Source: an uncultured delta proteobacterium (GTDB lineage Bacteria > Desulfobacterota > BSN033 > UBA1163). From it: 64,000 bases of DNA. Below the pieces are notes generated by a model, which saw only the letters and a program-made list of their open reading frames with translations, did not search any database and had not been told where the DNA came from. The position numbers and the translations under genes were made by a program. The stretch covers positions 32,001-96,000 of the forward strand of contig CAVPSJ010000012.1 of assembly GCA_963708295.1 (NCBI GenBank), written 5' to 3'. Positions 21,050 to 32,451 of the stretch are shown here, piece after piece (positions within the stretch are counted from its first letter, which is position 1; each line of letters starts with the position of its first letter).

Positions 21050-22435
21050 ATGGACCCATTTGTCATTCCAAGGTCGAAACACCCCATTTCGAGAAAAAGG
21101 ATCGACGAAGAAGCCCTGAAAGTTCTTTACCGTCTGCATCGACACGGATTCCTGTCTTATCTCGTCGGCGGAAGCGTTCGGGACCTTCTCCTCGGAAAGA
21201 CCCCGAAAGATTTTGATGTGGCCACCAATGCTCACCCTCACGAGATTAATGCCCTCTTTAAGAACAGCCGGGTCATCGGTCGCCGATTCAGACTGGTGCA
21301 TGTTTTTTTCAAGGGGGGAAAGGTCGTCGAGGTATCCACTTTTCGGAGTCGATCGGAGTTTGAGGAGGTCCAAACCGAAGAAGGGGAGATCATACGAACA
21401 GACAGTTTTGGGACGCCGGCCGATGATGCCTTGCGCCGGGATATCACGATCAATGGCCTTTTCTACAATATCGCAGATTTCTCCATCTTGGACTACATCG
21501 GCGGGATGGCCGACCTGGAGCGACAGGTCATCCGAACGATTGGTGACCCCGATGAGAGACTTCAACAGGATCCGGTTCGAATGATTCGGGTCATCCGCCA
21601 TGCCGCCCGAACCGGATTTTCGATTGAAGACCCGACCTACGAGGCCATTCTTCGGCATCGGCAGGGGATACAAAAATGTTCTCCCTCTCGCGTTCGAGAC
21701 GAATTCTTACGGGAACTCAAGGAAGGTGCGTCGAGACCTTCTCTGGAACTGATGCTTCGGACCGGTCTGCTTTTTTCCCTCTTTCCAGGTCTCGAAAGGG
21801 CTTTGGGGCACCGCAGCCTCTCTGAAAGAAAGAGTCAAGAATTTTTCCTTTCCTTGTTCGACCGGGTGGATCAACTTCTCAAAACAGGAAGACAGGTGAC
21901 AGAATCCATTCTTCTCGCCCTCTTTCTCACTCCCTTTCTTCGAGAGGTGACACCCCCGCATCCCTTTCTCGGAGAAAGAGAAAAACACGCCTACGGGGCC
22001 CAGTCCATTCATTGGGCCGTCCACGAAATCCTCGCTCCCTACTCCTTCCCGAGGGGCGCAAGGGAAATGGCCTCCCAAATCCTGATTGCCCAGTCGAATC
22101 TAAAGAGATCGATCAAGCATGGGGTGATTCCAAAGAGATTGAGGATGAAAAGGTATTTTAAGGAAGCAGTGTTTCTTTTTGGAATCGAGGCTGAGGCAAA
22201 TGGGGAAAGGGCTCCCCGCCTTCTCCAAAATGCCATGCCCCCTGATTTCTTGCCCTGGTGGCCAAAAACATTGAAGAAAAAAGGCCGAAGGTTAAGGGAG
22301 AGGGATATCCCGCGAACTGAAACCCATGAATCGGACGGCGAAAGAACGCTTTCCGCTTGCCCCAACCGCCTCCTCGCAGGGGAGGAGATCCAATCTTCAG
22401 ATCCAGGCGAGACTGTACTCGTCTCTACTTCATGA
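21050..22435 (+). CDS. pcnB: Poly(A) polymerase I
   Basis: GGSVRD, DFDVAT, PAP signature VIGRRFRLVHV, RRDITIN, DPVRMIR. Confidence 0.9.
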   Translation: MDPFVIPRSKHPISRKRIDEEALKVLYRLHRHGFLSYLVGGSVRDLLLGKTPKDFDVATNAHPHEINALFKNSRVIGRRFRLVHVFFKGGKVVEVSTFRSRSEFEEVQTEEGEIIRTDSFGTPADDALRRDITINGLFYNIADFSILDYIGGMADLERQVIRTIGDPDERLQQDPVRMIRVIRHAARTGFSIEDPTYEAILRHRQGIQKCSPSRVRDEFLRELKEGASRPSLELMLRTGLLFSLFPGLERALGHRSLSERKSQEFFLSLFDRVDQLLKTGRQVTESILLALFLTPFLREVTPPHPFLGEREKHAYGAQSIHWAVHEILAPYSFPRGAREMASQILIAQSNLKRSIKHGVIPKRLRMKRYFKEAVFLFGIEAEANGERAPRLLQNAMPPDFLPWWPKTLKKKGRRLRERDIPRTETHESDGERTLSACPNRLLAGEEIQSSDPGETVLVSTS

Positions 22436-23726
22436 GCAAATTGGGAAGCCAGGTTGCGAGCCCTGGGAAAAAGAATAACAACGCCGCGCATACGACAAGG
22501 CCGATTAAAAAGGGATAGACCCCTTTGTAGATCACGCTAAACGGAGTCTTGGTGATATTTTTTACGACAAAGACATTGATCGCCACAGGAGGGATGACCA
22601 CGCCGATCATGACGGTAATAGCGATGATCATACCAAACCATATCGGATCAAAACCCAGCTTGATAATAACAGGATAGAATATCGGTGTCGCAAGGACCAT
22701 AAAGGCCATATCGTCGATAAAAGAGCCTCCCATCTGATAGATCAGGGAAATAATAATCATAATCACATATTTGTTCAGGGGGAGTCCCACCACCCAATCG
22801 GCTGCGATCATGGGAATCTTTGTGACAGCGAGAAAATGGCCTAAGAGGGTAGAACCTGCGATCAGCATCAGAACCATGCAGGCTGTGCGCAAAGACTCTG
22901 AAACCGATTTGAGGAATCCCTTGAAATTCATGTCCTTTCTCAAAACAGACATCAGGAGGACAGCCCCGGTTCCGACGCTCCCTGCCTCCGTCGGTGTGAA
23001 GAATCCCTTCATCAATCCCCAGATCATCAACAAAAAGATAAAAACCACCAAGGCCAACTCCGGGAGGGAGGCGATCCTTTCCCTCCACGTCGATCTTTCG
23101 CCCCGAGGACCTAAATTAGGGTTAATCCTGCACCACACGTAAATGATGCAAATAAAAAAGAAAGCAATGATTAACCCCGGAATCAACCCCGCCAGGAAGA
23201 GCTTGCCGATAGACTGCTCTGTAATGATACCAAATACAATCAGTGTGACACTCGGCGGGATAAGGATTCCAAGAGTCCCCACGGTGGCAACGATTCCTGT
23301 GGATAGTTTCTTGTCGTAACCATATCGATCCATTTCAGGAACCGCCACGCTGGCAAACGTCGCCGCCGTAGCGGGGGACGAACCGCAGATGGCTTTAAAA
23401 GCCGTCGCTCCGGCTACGGTGGCCATCGCCATTCCCCCGGGGACATGGCCGATGAACCGATAGGCGCTATTGAATAGCCTTTTCGCAATCCCGGCATTGA
23501 AGGCAATCTGACCCATCAGGACAAAAAGCGGAATGACGGTAAATCCATAGGAAGCAAAGACATCGAAGATATCCTTGGCTAAAAGGTTCAACCCGGCCTT
23601 GAAGGATACAATGTAGCTGAACCCCAGGAAACCAATCAGAGCCATCGCAAACCCTAATTCAATTCCTGTTAGGAATAAGAGCAGCACCACCGCCAGACCG
23701 ATCAGCCCCACCACCACTTCATTCAT
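22425..23726 (-). CDS. dctM: TRAP transporter large permease
   Basis: IPLFVLMG, GTLGILIPPS, GFDPIWFG; multi-TM. Confidence 0.92.
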   Translation of the reverse strand: MNEVVVGLIGLAVVLLLFLTGIELGFAMALIGFLGFSYIVSFKAGLNLLAKDIFDVFASYGFTVIPLFVLMGQIAFNAGIAKRLFNSAYRFIGHVPGGMAMATVAGATAFKAICGSSPATAATFASVAVPEMDRYGYDKKLSTGIVATVGTLGILIPPSVTLIVFGIITEQSIGKLFLAGLIPGLIIAFFFICIIYVWCRINPNLGPRGERSTWRERIASLPELALVVFIFLLMIWGLMKGFFTPTEAGSVGTGAVLLMSVLRKDMNFKGFLKSVSESLRTACMVLMLIAGSTLLGHFLAVTKIPMIAADWVVGLPLNKYVIMIIISLIYQMGGSFIDDMAFMVLATPIFYPVIIKLGFDPIWFGMIIAITVMIGVVIPPVAINVFVVKNITKTPFSVIYKGVYPFLIGLVVCAALLFFFPGLATWLPNLLMK

Positions 23727-24204
23727 CGAATTTCCCTCCGGAGATCTTTACGATATCGCACACCATAACGAGGCACTGGATGAAACAACAAATCCCGATC
23801 CCGTAAGCAACCGGATAGAAAGGCACTTGTAATGTAAGGGAAACCTCCCCTGATTTCTGTAGATCCATTCCATATTTGATCAGGTTCCAACCGATCAGGA
23901 AAAATAAGATGATCACAACGCCTCTTGAAGCAATATTGAAGATGTTTCTCACCTTTCGGGAAAACTTTAAAATAAAAAAATCCACAAAAATATGTCCCCG
24001 AAGCCACGAGGTCATGGGCATTGAAAATCCAATCGCCACTGCCCCTGCAAAAGCGACCAGTTCATAGGTGCCGACCACGGGCCTCTTAAAACCTCTTAGA
24101 ATCACATCGGCGATGGTCAGTAACATGAGAAACGTAAGGCTGACCCCGGCGATCACATTGAGGAACCGGCTTATTCCATTTGTCGTTTTTAATAATCCCT
24201 CCAT
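23719..24204 (-). CDS. dctQ: TRAP transporter small permease
   Basis: 4 TM, DVILR, GHIFVD; lies between dctP and dctM. Confidence 0.88.
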   Translation of the reverse strand: MEGLLKTTNGISRFLNVIAGVSLTFLMLLTIADVILRGFKRPVVGTYELVAFAGAVAIGFSMPMTSWLRGHIFVDFFILKFSRKVRNIFNIASRGVVIILFFLIGWNLIKYGMDLQKSGEVSLTLQVPFYPVAYGIGICCFIQCLVMVCDIVKISGGKFDE

Positions 24205-24300
24205 GAATTGCTCCTCTTCTCCTTCGGGTCCTGCGCGTGACAAAAAAGAGGAAGGGTGATCCGTTATTCACTCCCCCTTCCCCTTTCCCTTTCATTGATC

Positions 24301-25317
24301 TTACTTCTGAATTTTATAGAGTGTCTCCAGGCAGAATCTCAATGCCTCCTGCCCGGGCAGCCCTTTCTCTTTCGTAGTCTTGACATAATCATCGAGAATC
24401 GGTTTCACGGCCATGGTCCATTTCCAGTTCTCATCCTGTGAAAGAGAGACGATCTTATTGCCCCGGCCTATCGTATAATCTTTTCCTGCCTTATCAATCT
24501 CGTCCCACAATTTCCCCTGCTTTTCAGCATATTCCTCATTCACCTTTTCGATAATTTGCTGAATATCCGGAGGTAACGCATTCCACTTATCCTTATTCAT
24601 AACCACGAACATGCCTGAGCTGTAGGCTGCACCCCAGTCTTCGGTGGTAAACTTCACGACCTCCCCCCACTTCCAACCCTGCAGGGCTTCATAGGGAGCC
24701 ATGGAACCATCGACTACTCCTCGGCTCAAAGCATCATAGGTCTCACCCATGGGCATGGCGACAGGAGTTGCCCCAAGTTGGCTGGATATTTTTGCGGCCA
24801 GGCCCGTGCACCGAATCTTCAATCCCTTGAGGTCTTGAAGACTCTTGACTTCCTTCTTGGTATGGAGAATTCCAGGCCCGTGGCCGTGGAGATACATCAC
24901 CTTCACTTCGTCAAACTCCTTGGGTTTGAATTTTTTATAGAATTCGTTGATCAGTCTTGTGGATGCCAACGCGCTTTTCGCCCCCAGAGGCAGGTCGGCA
25001 ACCTCTGTCAAGGGAAATTTCCCCCGGGTGTATGCAAGGACTGAAAAACCGATATCCGAGAGCCCTTTCGCCACCCCATCATAACATTTATCAGCGGGGG
25101 TCAGTGTTCCGCCTGGAAAGACGGTGATCTGAACCTTTCCGTTCGTCCTGTTCCCAATCTCCTTTGCCCATTCGGTGGCGAGCACCGCATTCTTATGAGG
25201 AGCAGGGAAGAAAACCGAGTAATTAAGTTTAACCTGTGCAAATACGACAGATGAGGTCAAAAAACAAAATCCCATTAAAAGACATAAAAATAAAGCTCCG
25301 AGTCTCCAGCGTCTCAT
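24301..25317 (-). CDS. dctP: TRAP solute-binding protein
   Basis: Signal peptide, FPGGTL, GKFPL, DLKGLKIR, YDALSRGVVDG, MNKDKWNALP. Confidence 0.92.
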   Translation of the reverse strand: MRRWRLGALFLCLLMGFCFLTSSVVFAQVKLNYSVFFPAPHKNAVLATEWAKEIGNRTNGKVQITVFPGGTLTPADKCYDGVAKGLSDIGFSVLAYTRGKFPLTEVADLPLGAKSALASTRLINEFYKKFKPKEFDEVKVMYLHGHGPGILHTKKEVKSLQDLKGLKIRCTGLAAKISSQLGATPVAMPMGETYDALSRGVVDGSMAPYEALQGWKWGEVVKFTTEDWGAAYSSGMFVVMNKDKWNALPPDIQQIIEKVNEEYAEKQGKLWDEIDKAGKDYTIGRGNKIVSLSQDENWKWTMAVKPILDDYVKTTKEKGLPGQEALRFCLETLYKIQK

Positions 25318-25794
25318 TTTCTTAACCTCCTTTTGGAATGAAATGGTTACCATTAAAAGTTTTCCCTCTAAATCCTCCGAACCACCCCCTTCCCGCATTT
25401 CTCGATCTGGAAAGTCCAGGTCAATTCCAAAACCAAAAGTCGGAATTCTTTAAAATAGGATAGGGAGTGATCCAAACTTTCTTCCCTTATATTGAGAAGT
25501 TGTTCACATGAGTATAGTCGGAACAAGATTTTTGTCAAGCTAAATTTATTCTTGGAGCATTCCAGTGATGTGAGGATGTGTGTGAAAAATCCAACTGTGT
25601 GAAAAATCCAACTTAAAATTGGAGGAGTTGGAGCATAAGGGGGGGAGTCGAGCATATCCCCATCATAGAGGGCATAAGCCGCGCCTTACGGCAATCCCGC
25701 CAGATTGCCGCGTCGCCGAGACCGAGCTCCCTGCAATGATTCCTTTGATCAGTCGGTATGAATATAAGATAAATACGTCAGCCTTTCGGATCTC

Positions 25795-26757
25795 TCACTT
25801 TCGTTCCCTCAACCTCTTTATGGCAAGCCGAATACTTTCTTGCATTCGAGTGATGGCATTGGCGAGTTCTCCAATCTCGTCCCGTGATTTAATGCCTGTG
25901 ATTTCGGCGTCTAAATCGCCAACACTGATGCGGTCGGTAATTTCCGTCAGGTACTTGATCTTTGCTGTTAACCTGTAAGCATCCACAGCGACAATCAGAC
26001 CAATCAGGATTACTGTGCCTGCCAGGATGGCAATGACAAGATTCCTTGTTCTAAGAGCAAACAGGGCAGCGCCCTCCTGCATGAATTTCACCGGCTGGGT
26101 AAATTCATCAGGGTAAGCAGTGGCTGCAACCACGTAGGGTGTTCCCGTAACGGGGACGCTCACCATGAACTTGTCCCGCAAAGTCCCTTTTGAATCCTGC
26201 AACTTGTAATAGCCCTTGGATTCCCTGACCTCCTTTCCGTTCTTTACGCCAGTGTAAATCTTCCAGAATTCAGGGAAACTTACTCCCAGAGATTCTTTAA
26301 GCGTGGTCATATCGACACCGATCATATTAGGATCAACATGAGCCCATGTGCGCCAGACTCCGTCTGCTCCCGGGGTCTCGTACAGGGTGGTATAACCCGT
26401 CGCACCTATCTTTTGAACCGCTACCCTTTTGAATTTCAAATCATAATTGAAGAAAGCCTTTTTCAACTCCGGGTGGGTGATCAGATAGACTCCGCACTGC
26501 GAGGCTACCTCTTTTGCCCTTCCGGTGACCATCTCTTCCGTCATTTTGCTAATCGTCCCTGCGCTTCCCGCGGTAAGCTCAGAAGAGAGTGTGTTTATTT
26601 GCCAGATATAGAGTAAGCTCGCAGCAATGATCAAACCGATCGGAACAAAAAAGAAAAGGATAAACATCCTACCCCTTAGGCTAAGGAAGCCTAAGCCTTT
26701 CTTCTGAGGGGCAATCGGGGAGACCGCCGACTTTCCAGTTCCACGCATAGCTGTCAT
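25795..26757 (-). CDS. Membrane sensor: TM - Cache-like periplasmic domain - TM - HAMP, with no output domain
   Basis: Two TMs; KIGATGYT; HAMP ISVGDLDAEI..SRDEIGELANAITRM; ends IRLAIKRLRERK. Confidence 0.8.
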   Translation of the reverse strand: MTAMRGTGKSAVSPIAPQKKGLGFLSLRGRMFILFFFVPIGLIIAASLLYIWQINTLSSELTAGSAGTISKMTEEMVTGRAKEVASQCGVYLITHPELKKAFFNYDLKFKRVAVQKIGATGYTTLYETPGADGVWRTWAHVDPNMIGVDMTTLKESLGVSFPEFWKIYTGVKNGKEVRESKGYYKLQDSKGTLRDKFMVSVPVTGTPYVVAATAYPDEFTQPVKFMQEGAALFALRTRNLVIAILAGTVILIGLIVAVDAYRLTAKIKYLTEITDRISVGDLDAEITGIKSRDEIGELANAITRMQESIRLAIKRLRERK

Positions 26758-26774
26758 GGTCTTATCTCCTTTAG

Positions 26775-27796
26775 TTATTGCATACTATTTAGGGTTTTAA
26801 TCGTAAAATCGACGATTTCCTGACCATTTAATCCTTTTTCGCTTAGAATTTTCACATAATCATCAATGATCGGAGCAACCGCCATCTTCCATCGTGAGGC
26901 CTCGTTTCGATCAAGACCAACAATCTGGCCTCCATTGTCGAGGAAATATCGCATGCCTTGCGCGTCAATGGTATCCCATGCTTCTCCGTGCTGAGGAATC
27001 CACTCGTTATTGACTTCCCGGATGATAACCTTGATGTCTTCTGGTAAGGCCTTCCACCGATCTTTATTCATGACGACAAACTGAACAGCGGTATAGGCGA
27101 TCGGATAAGCAGCCGTGATGAAGTTGACAACCTCACCCATTTTAAACCCGTAGTTGGCCTCCAAAGGATGAAGCGACCCGTCTACCTCGCCTCTTTGGAA
27201 CATTCCATAGGCCTCACCGATGGTACCGGTTCTATACTTCCCTCCTAATTGCCTGACAATCAACTCGGTGTTCGCCTGGGTCCGAAACTTGAAGTTTTTC
27301 ATATCTTCAAGCTTTCTCACCGGTTTTCCTTTCGTATGGATGAATCCCGGGACCATGGGCGAAAAAATACATCACCTCGGTGTCGTTAAATTCTTTTGGC
27401 TTGAAGTGACGGTACAACTTCGTTCGAAACACCTGTCGCAATATTTCCGCTGGTGTATCCCAAAGGAAGGCCAGCAGTGTCGACCACCGGAAATCGGCCT
27501 GGAGTGAAACCGAGGACCGATAAGCCGAGATCAGAGGCCTTACTGACAACCCCATCGTAGCACTGAGGAGGCTTGGTTAAGGATCCACCCGGGAAAAACT
27601 GTATCTTCACTCTTCCCCTCGTACGGTCCTCAACCTCTTTACACCAGGCCTTGGCCAACTTGGCTTGTGTGTGGCCCTCAGGGAAAAAGCAACTATAGGT
27701 CAGTTTGACTGTTTGGGCCTGGGCTTCGCCGGCAACCCACCCAACAAAAAACAATACCATAAGGACGACCATCAACCCTAAGCAAGCTTTCTTCAT
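26775..27796 (-). pseudogene. DctP-like solute-binding protein, frameshifted (about 27420 and 27348)
   Basis: Three overlapping frames join into a paralogue of 24301-25317 (GRFP, FKPKEF, HGPG, MNKDRWKALP). Confidence 0.8.
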
Positions 27797-27913
27797 CACG
27801 GAAACCTCCACTTTTCTTGTAAAAAAGGAGTTCTTCTCCCAACCACCTTTCTTACAGTGTGATGTTGTCAACACTTTAAGCATTAAGAAGCTTCAGTTCA
27901 TAAAAGGGCATCA

Positions 27914-27928
27914 GCAATTCCTATGCCA
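27914..27928 (-). promoter_or_regulatory. sigma54 -24/-12 promoter
   Basis: Minus strand TGGCATAGGAATTGC with canonical GG-N10-GC spacing. Confidence 0.7.
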
Positions 27929-27999
27929 GAGAAGTATTTCTCAAATTCATATCTATTAACCTGGATTCTTGATTTTCCATCTCTTCTCATACGGGGTCC

Positions 28000-29089
28000 C
28001 TATCGTAAAGACGAAGAGACGACTTCCGTCAACCCTAATCGTTTAAGCGTATCGCTGTGGAGCTCTAAGGAAGATTTTATTTGAACCCCCAGCTTCAGGG
28101 AGAGCATCTTATTCTTTGGAAGTTCTTTCTCAAGGAGAATGATGGTTGTATTCAGACATTCTAAGACACCCCTTAGTAAATTCTTTTTCCCCAACTGCCC
28201 CCGAAAATCGGATCACCCCATCCTGATATTCAAATTCACCGGCGAACGGATCTAAGAAACTGAATGTTTCGGCCTTTTCGATCAAGCACTTCTTAAAGGC
28301 TCCAACGAAGGTCCCGTTTCGAGAAGCAGCATCCACCAATCTCTCTGCGCCGGAAAGGGTTTCCTGGAGGATCGGGATGACTTCTTGCAACCCGTCTCTG
28401 CTCCGTGGCAGGGGGCTTGCTTTCCAAAATCGGGTTTACCTTCCGACGTACGAGGTTTACTTTCCGGAATAGGTTCTTCTTTCCTGGGAACCTGCTGCGA
28501 CTCTTATACACATTTAATATGGCCCCTCCCTGCTTACTTACATTTTCCAGAAATGCAGGGATTGATTTTCGACCAAAAACAGAAGGCCCGGATTCAGGAA
28601 TCGTAAACATCTCTACCGGTTCTCCCCCTTCGACAAACAGAACTCCCAAGGCCTTTTTCTCTTTTGTCAGAACCTCGATGAAACCGTCATGTTTATCCTC
28701 CTTCAACTTCAGGAGGAGGCGGTCCAGTCGAGTATAATCTGTGGATAATTCTTTGAAAAGGACTTCATATTGAAGGTGGCTCGTAACGAGCGCCACATGT
28801 TCGGGTAGCAATCGGTAAACATTGAGGACCCCATTCTTCTGATTCGAGAAAGTCAAGAAAGCTTGGATCGCTTCCTTGTCCGATCGTCCTTTCTGCGTCC
28901 CCCTTCTCTTTTATCTCCGCGTTGAGGATCTCTCCCGAATCGATGAAAATGGTCCCTCTTTTTTCGGGGAATTCAATTTCAAGGATACCGCTAAAGCCCT
29001 CTGATTTTAGGGCCGACAGGAGGGCTGAGACATCTGTATAGGCCGTTAATAAATTTTGGTGTCTTACTTCTCCTTTTGGAAGATATCAT
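28000..29089 (-). pseudogene. Tandem DUF4388-like domain protein, multiply frameshifted
   Basis: Reconstructed PKGEVRHQNLLTAYTDVSALLSALKSEGFSGILEI...IFIDSGE; repeat LKEDKHDGFIEV..LFVEGGE; FLDPFAGEFEY. Confidence 0.6.
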
Positions 29090-29215
29090 GGCTTTCCCCT
29101 TTTTTCTGTTTTTGACGTCCCATACTCCTAAGACTCTCAGGGAGAAGAGAGAAACCCTGTTTACTCTTGTCTTTCTGCAATCGCCCATAGGTCTTTGGGT
29201 GGTAAATCCTCCCTT

Positions 29216-30055
29216 TTACAATTTAAGATCGACCCCGGGAACACGGCGGGGTTCAACTCCTTTTCTCTCGGCGGAGAGAAAATCCGTCATGATTTTGAGA
29301 AATTCCTTTCTCTTTGCTTCATGAGAAATCTCTTCCCCTAGCGTCTCGATGAAAGATACAGGCTTGATCTTGACCGAGAGATTCCTTTGTCTCACCCAAA
29401 TCAGAGAGTTTATCAGTGATGATGAGTGGAGCCAAGGGGCCAATCATCTTTTTCAGTTCGGTTTCGACCGTGGAGAGAAAATTCTCCGAAACCGGCTTTT
29501 TCTTGACCGGTTTCTGGTCTTCTGCCTTCTCCAGTAATCCCAATTGGACAAGCTGGAAGAGGATCTTGGATGTTTTGAATTCATCCCAACTGAGAGACTT
29601 CAGCAATTTCTGACGATTGTTTTCGTCCCATTGCACAGTGCCAATACATTCCATTGGTCAGCATTGATATTTTTATTCTCCGCGCTTTTCTGGAGGGAGA
29701 GACGAAAAATCGCGTTGGTCGAGGGAATGGCCTCTTTAAGCTTGTCCCACTCCTGTTTTCGGTAAGACCAATTCAACAGCAGTTGCTCGGTTGAAATGGA
29801 GATGGTTCTTTCCGACGGAACTTCGTCCGGTTCAAACGAAGCTTTTCCGGCCTTCAACCCCATAAGGAAAAAGAAAGCGTATTCTCCAACAGCGCTGCTT
29901 GTTTTTGCATGGGTAATATTTCCGAGTTCCAAGAACAATTCCCCACCCTCTTTTCCCTTGACTGTAATCTTTCCTGTCTTTTTGCCGCTGAAAAGGGGTT
30001 TGAGAACGTCAAAGAGTTTAACCTGCGCAAGATCGCCGAGATTTATTTCGGGCAT
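29216..30055 (-). pseudogene. DUF4388-domain protein, frameshifted
   Basis: GDLAQVKLFDVL...KKTGKITV...GELFLELGNITHA, QWNVLAL, LKKMIGPLAP in successive frames. Confidence 0.7.
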
Positions 30056-30090
30056 AAAATTCCTTAACCTTTTTGGTTTAAGATTAAAGA

Positions 30091-30105
30091 GCAAGATTAA
30101 TGCCA
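30091..30105 (-). promoter_or_regulatory. sigma54 -24/-12 promoter
   Basis: Minus strand TGGCATTAATCTTGC, about 35 bp upstream of ATG 30055. Confidence 0.72.
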
Positions 30106-30517
30106 AATTTTGGCAAAGTACTTTGTTTTCAGCAAATTCAATATTAATTCTTTGAAAATACAGGAAGTTTTAATACTTGGAGTAGAGATCGAGTGGGAAA
30201 ACAAGTGATCCTAACTCAAAAATGAGAACAAAAAAAGGCCAAGAATCCTCACTGCTTTGAATCTTTTTATTTACCTCTTGCCAAAATGGCCATTTCTTAC
30301 GCATCAAACGGTTATCATTTTCTAAGAAATTACGGTCAGTTATCTCCTGCAACACAAAGCTCCAACCGGTGGAACGGCCATTTTTGACCAAGGTGATAAA
30401 TTTTTTGAACCAGTCTATTTCCAGGAAGTCGAAGATCTTCGATGCTTCAATCTGAATCCGTCTTATCATGGTAGCAGCTGACAAGGTTCGGTAAGGAAGG
30501 AGGTTATTAACGGCAAA

Positions 30518-31199
30518 TTACTGGATCTTTATCTGAATGGAATCCATCATTTCCATAAAGCTTTTCTCGAAAGTTCTCATAAACCCTCTTCTCATTTCCG
30601 GAAATTACCTCTTTGCCCCAATCGTCCCCTTTCTCTGAAATCTTTATCCCGAAGGAGTTAGTATCCTTCGAATATCGAAAGAAGACGGCATGCTCTCCCT
30701 CGAAAGAGAAATAGAAATTGCCCTTGAAGTGCCCAATGGGAGGGAATGGAGAATCCTTTCTCTAGTGATGGGTTGAAGAGAAGGAGCATCAGGGTTCCAT
30801 GCCATCAATTGAATCAGATAATCCACCTCCAGTTCCCCCTTCTTCATCTTCCCTTTCAAGTAGGATCTTTTTTCTGTATAAGGTTTCAAAGGGGCGGCAT
30901 TCATCGGACCCGCTTGAGGGTTAGTCCTATCCGCTACCTGAAGAATAAGCATCTCCTCGACCTGTTTTTCTTTGGCCTTAACAAGGAAGTAGACGCGGGT
31001 CAACGAATTGCGCTCCGGATTCTCATGAGAAAAGGAATGAACGAGGTTAAATTCAGAGGGTAACGTTAAGGTGAAGGGCGGTTTCCGGGAGACTGAGTTT
31101 CTTTCCCTCAACTTCTAGGTCCTTCTTGGAAGCACAAGCCGACGTCCATACGACCAGCACGAAAACCAATATAGGCAGGAAGAGCTTTCTCGTATTCAT
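30518..31199 (-). pseudogene. Lipoprotein of unknown function, frameshifted
   Basis: Lipobox-like WTSAC; continues in ORF 30644-31111 and ends MDSIQIKIQ*. Confidence 0.55.
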
Positions 31200-31283
31200 C
31201 CTCTTGAATGGACCCCTCGCCTTCCCCCTCTCCCTGTTCGGGAGAGAGGGGAGAAGTGGAAAGGCGACTCGATTGATCAAAAG

Positions 31284-32285
31284 TTACTTCTTTTTTGTGA
31301 GCAACTCTTTCAATTTGGGGCCTGTGGCAGGACATTTTCCCAAGACATCTTTCCAGCCTTCGTCGTATGCCACTTTGAGGAACTTTTCTTTTTCTGCGGG
31401 CGAAAGTTCGATCACTTCGATGCCTCCCCCCTGCAATATCGGGAGCTCCTTCTTCAACAGGTCGTCAAAGCGGGCCACCGCCTTCTTCTCGCCTTCTACG
31501 GCAGCCTCGTTCAGGATATCCTGGAGCTTCTTGGGCAGGCTGTTCCAGGTCTTCAGGTTGATGAGCACGGGATTGGGGACGTTAAAGAAACCGGGATTGA
31601 CCATGTATTTGGTCACTTTGTCCCATCCCCAGTCGCGGGTCCCGACAGAGGGCCAGCAGTAGCCATCGACCACGTGGCGCTCGAGTGCCGCGTAGACTTC
31701 GGTGGGGGGAATGACGATCGGATTGGCACCCAAGGCTTTGATCGCCTGCAGTTGATTGGCCGAGACACGAATGTTCAACCCCTTCAGGTCGGCGCTCTTG
31801 ATGGCCTTGGTCATATAGAGATGAAACTTGAGATCGAGACCTAATCTCGCATGGTAACGGAGCCCGATCTTCTGCTCGTGCAGATTGTTCAAATAGGCCC
31901 ATGCCCCGCTTGCCCTCTCCTCCATCGGTGTAAGGGTTGAAAGCTTCAGCGTATCGACCTCGGGCAGCACGGAGAGATAGTAGGCGTTTGTGGTGAAGAC
32001 CATATCGACCATACCCCGCTGGGCTGCCTGCACCTGATCCATGGTCTTTACCGCCTCCGGTCCGCCGATATACTGGATCTTAAGCTCACCGGGAGCCTTC
32101 TGAGCAACCATTTGTTCGACGAGATCGGTGAAGATGAAGAACGCCTGGTTGTCTGTCGCTGTTTTTGGCCATGCAGTAACCGCCTTCAAGGTAACTGTTT
32201 CTGCCTTAACCGGCTCGCCCGCCATACCTAAGACAGCGAATGTGAATAGGACTGCAACAGATAGAAACATCAACCTCTTTTGCAT
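31284..32285 (-). CDS. dctP: TRAP solute-binding protein
   Basis: Signal peptide, GGPEAV, DLKGLNIR, EVYAALERHVVDG, WNSLP. Confidence 0.9.
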   Translation of the reverse strand: MQKRLMFLSVAVLFTFAVLGMAGEPVKAETVTLKAVTAWPKTATDNQAFFIFTDLVEQMVAQKAPGELKIQYIGGPEAVKTMDQVQAAQRGMVDMVFTTNAYYLSVLPEVDTLKLSTLTPMEERASGAWAYLNNLHEQKIGLRYHARLGLDLKFHLYMTKAIKSADLKGLNIRVSANQLQAIKALGANPIVIPPTEVYAALERHVVDGYCWPSVGTRDWGWDKVTKYMVNPGFFNVPNPVLINLKTWNSLPKKLQDILNEAAVEGEKKAVARFDDLLKKELPILQGGGIEVIELSPAEKEKFLKVAYDEGWKDVLGKCPATGPKLKELLTKKK

Positions 32286-32451
32286 AGATAATCCCCCTTT
32301 CTTTTATTTTATTCCCATCCTGCGGATGGTGCACAGTGGTCACGCTCGACAGGCAAAGCGTATTCCCGAGTCCTTCTCCATTGAGCACTCTCCGTTCTAA
32401 ACGCTCTACGCTGTTCAGCCTTGCACTCAACACGATTCAACCCTTCCGGTA

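Noticed and set aside
22270-22435. PcnB C-terminal tail overlapping dctM
   Set aside because: Low-complexity tail with an 11-bp convergent overlap; common and not informative.
30170-30484. 104-aa ORF
   Set aside because: No recognisable motif or RBS; AT-rich region upstream of a sigma54 promoter, more likely regulatory.
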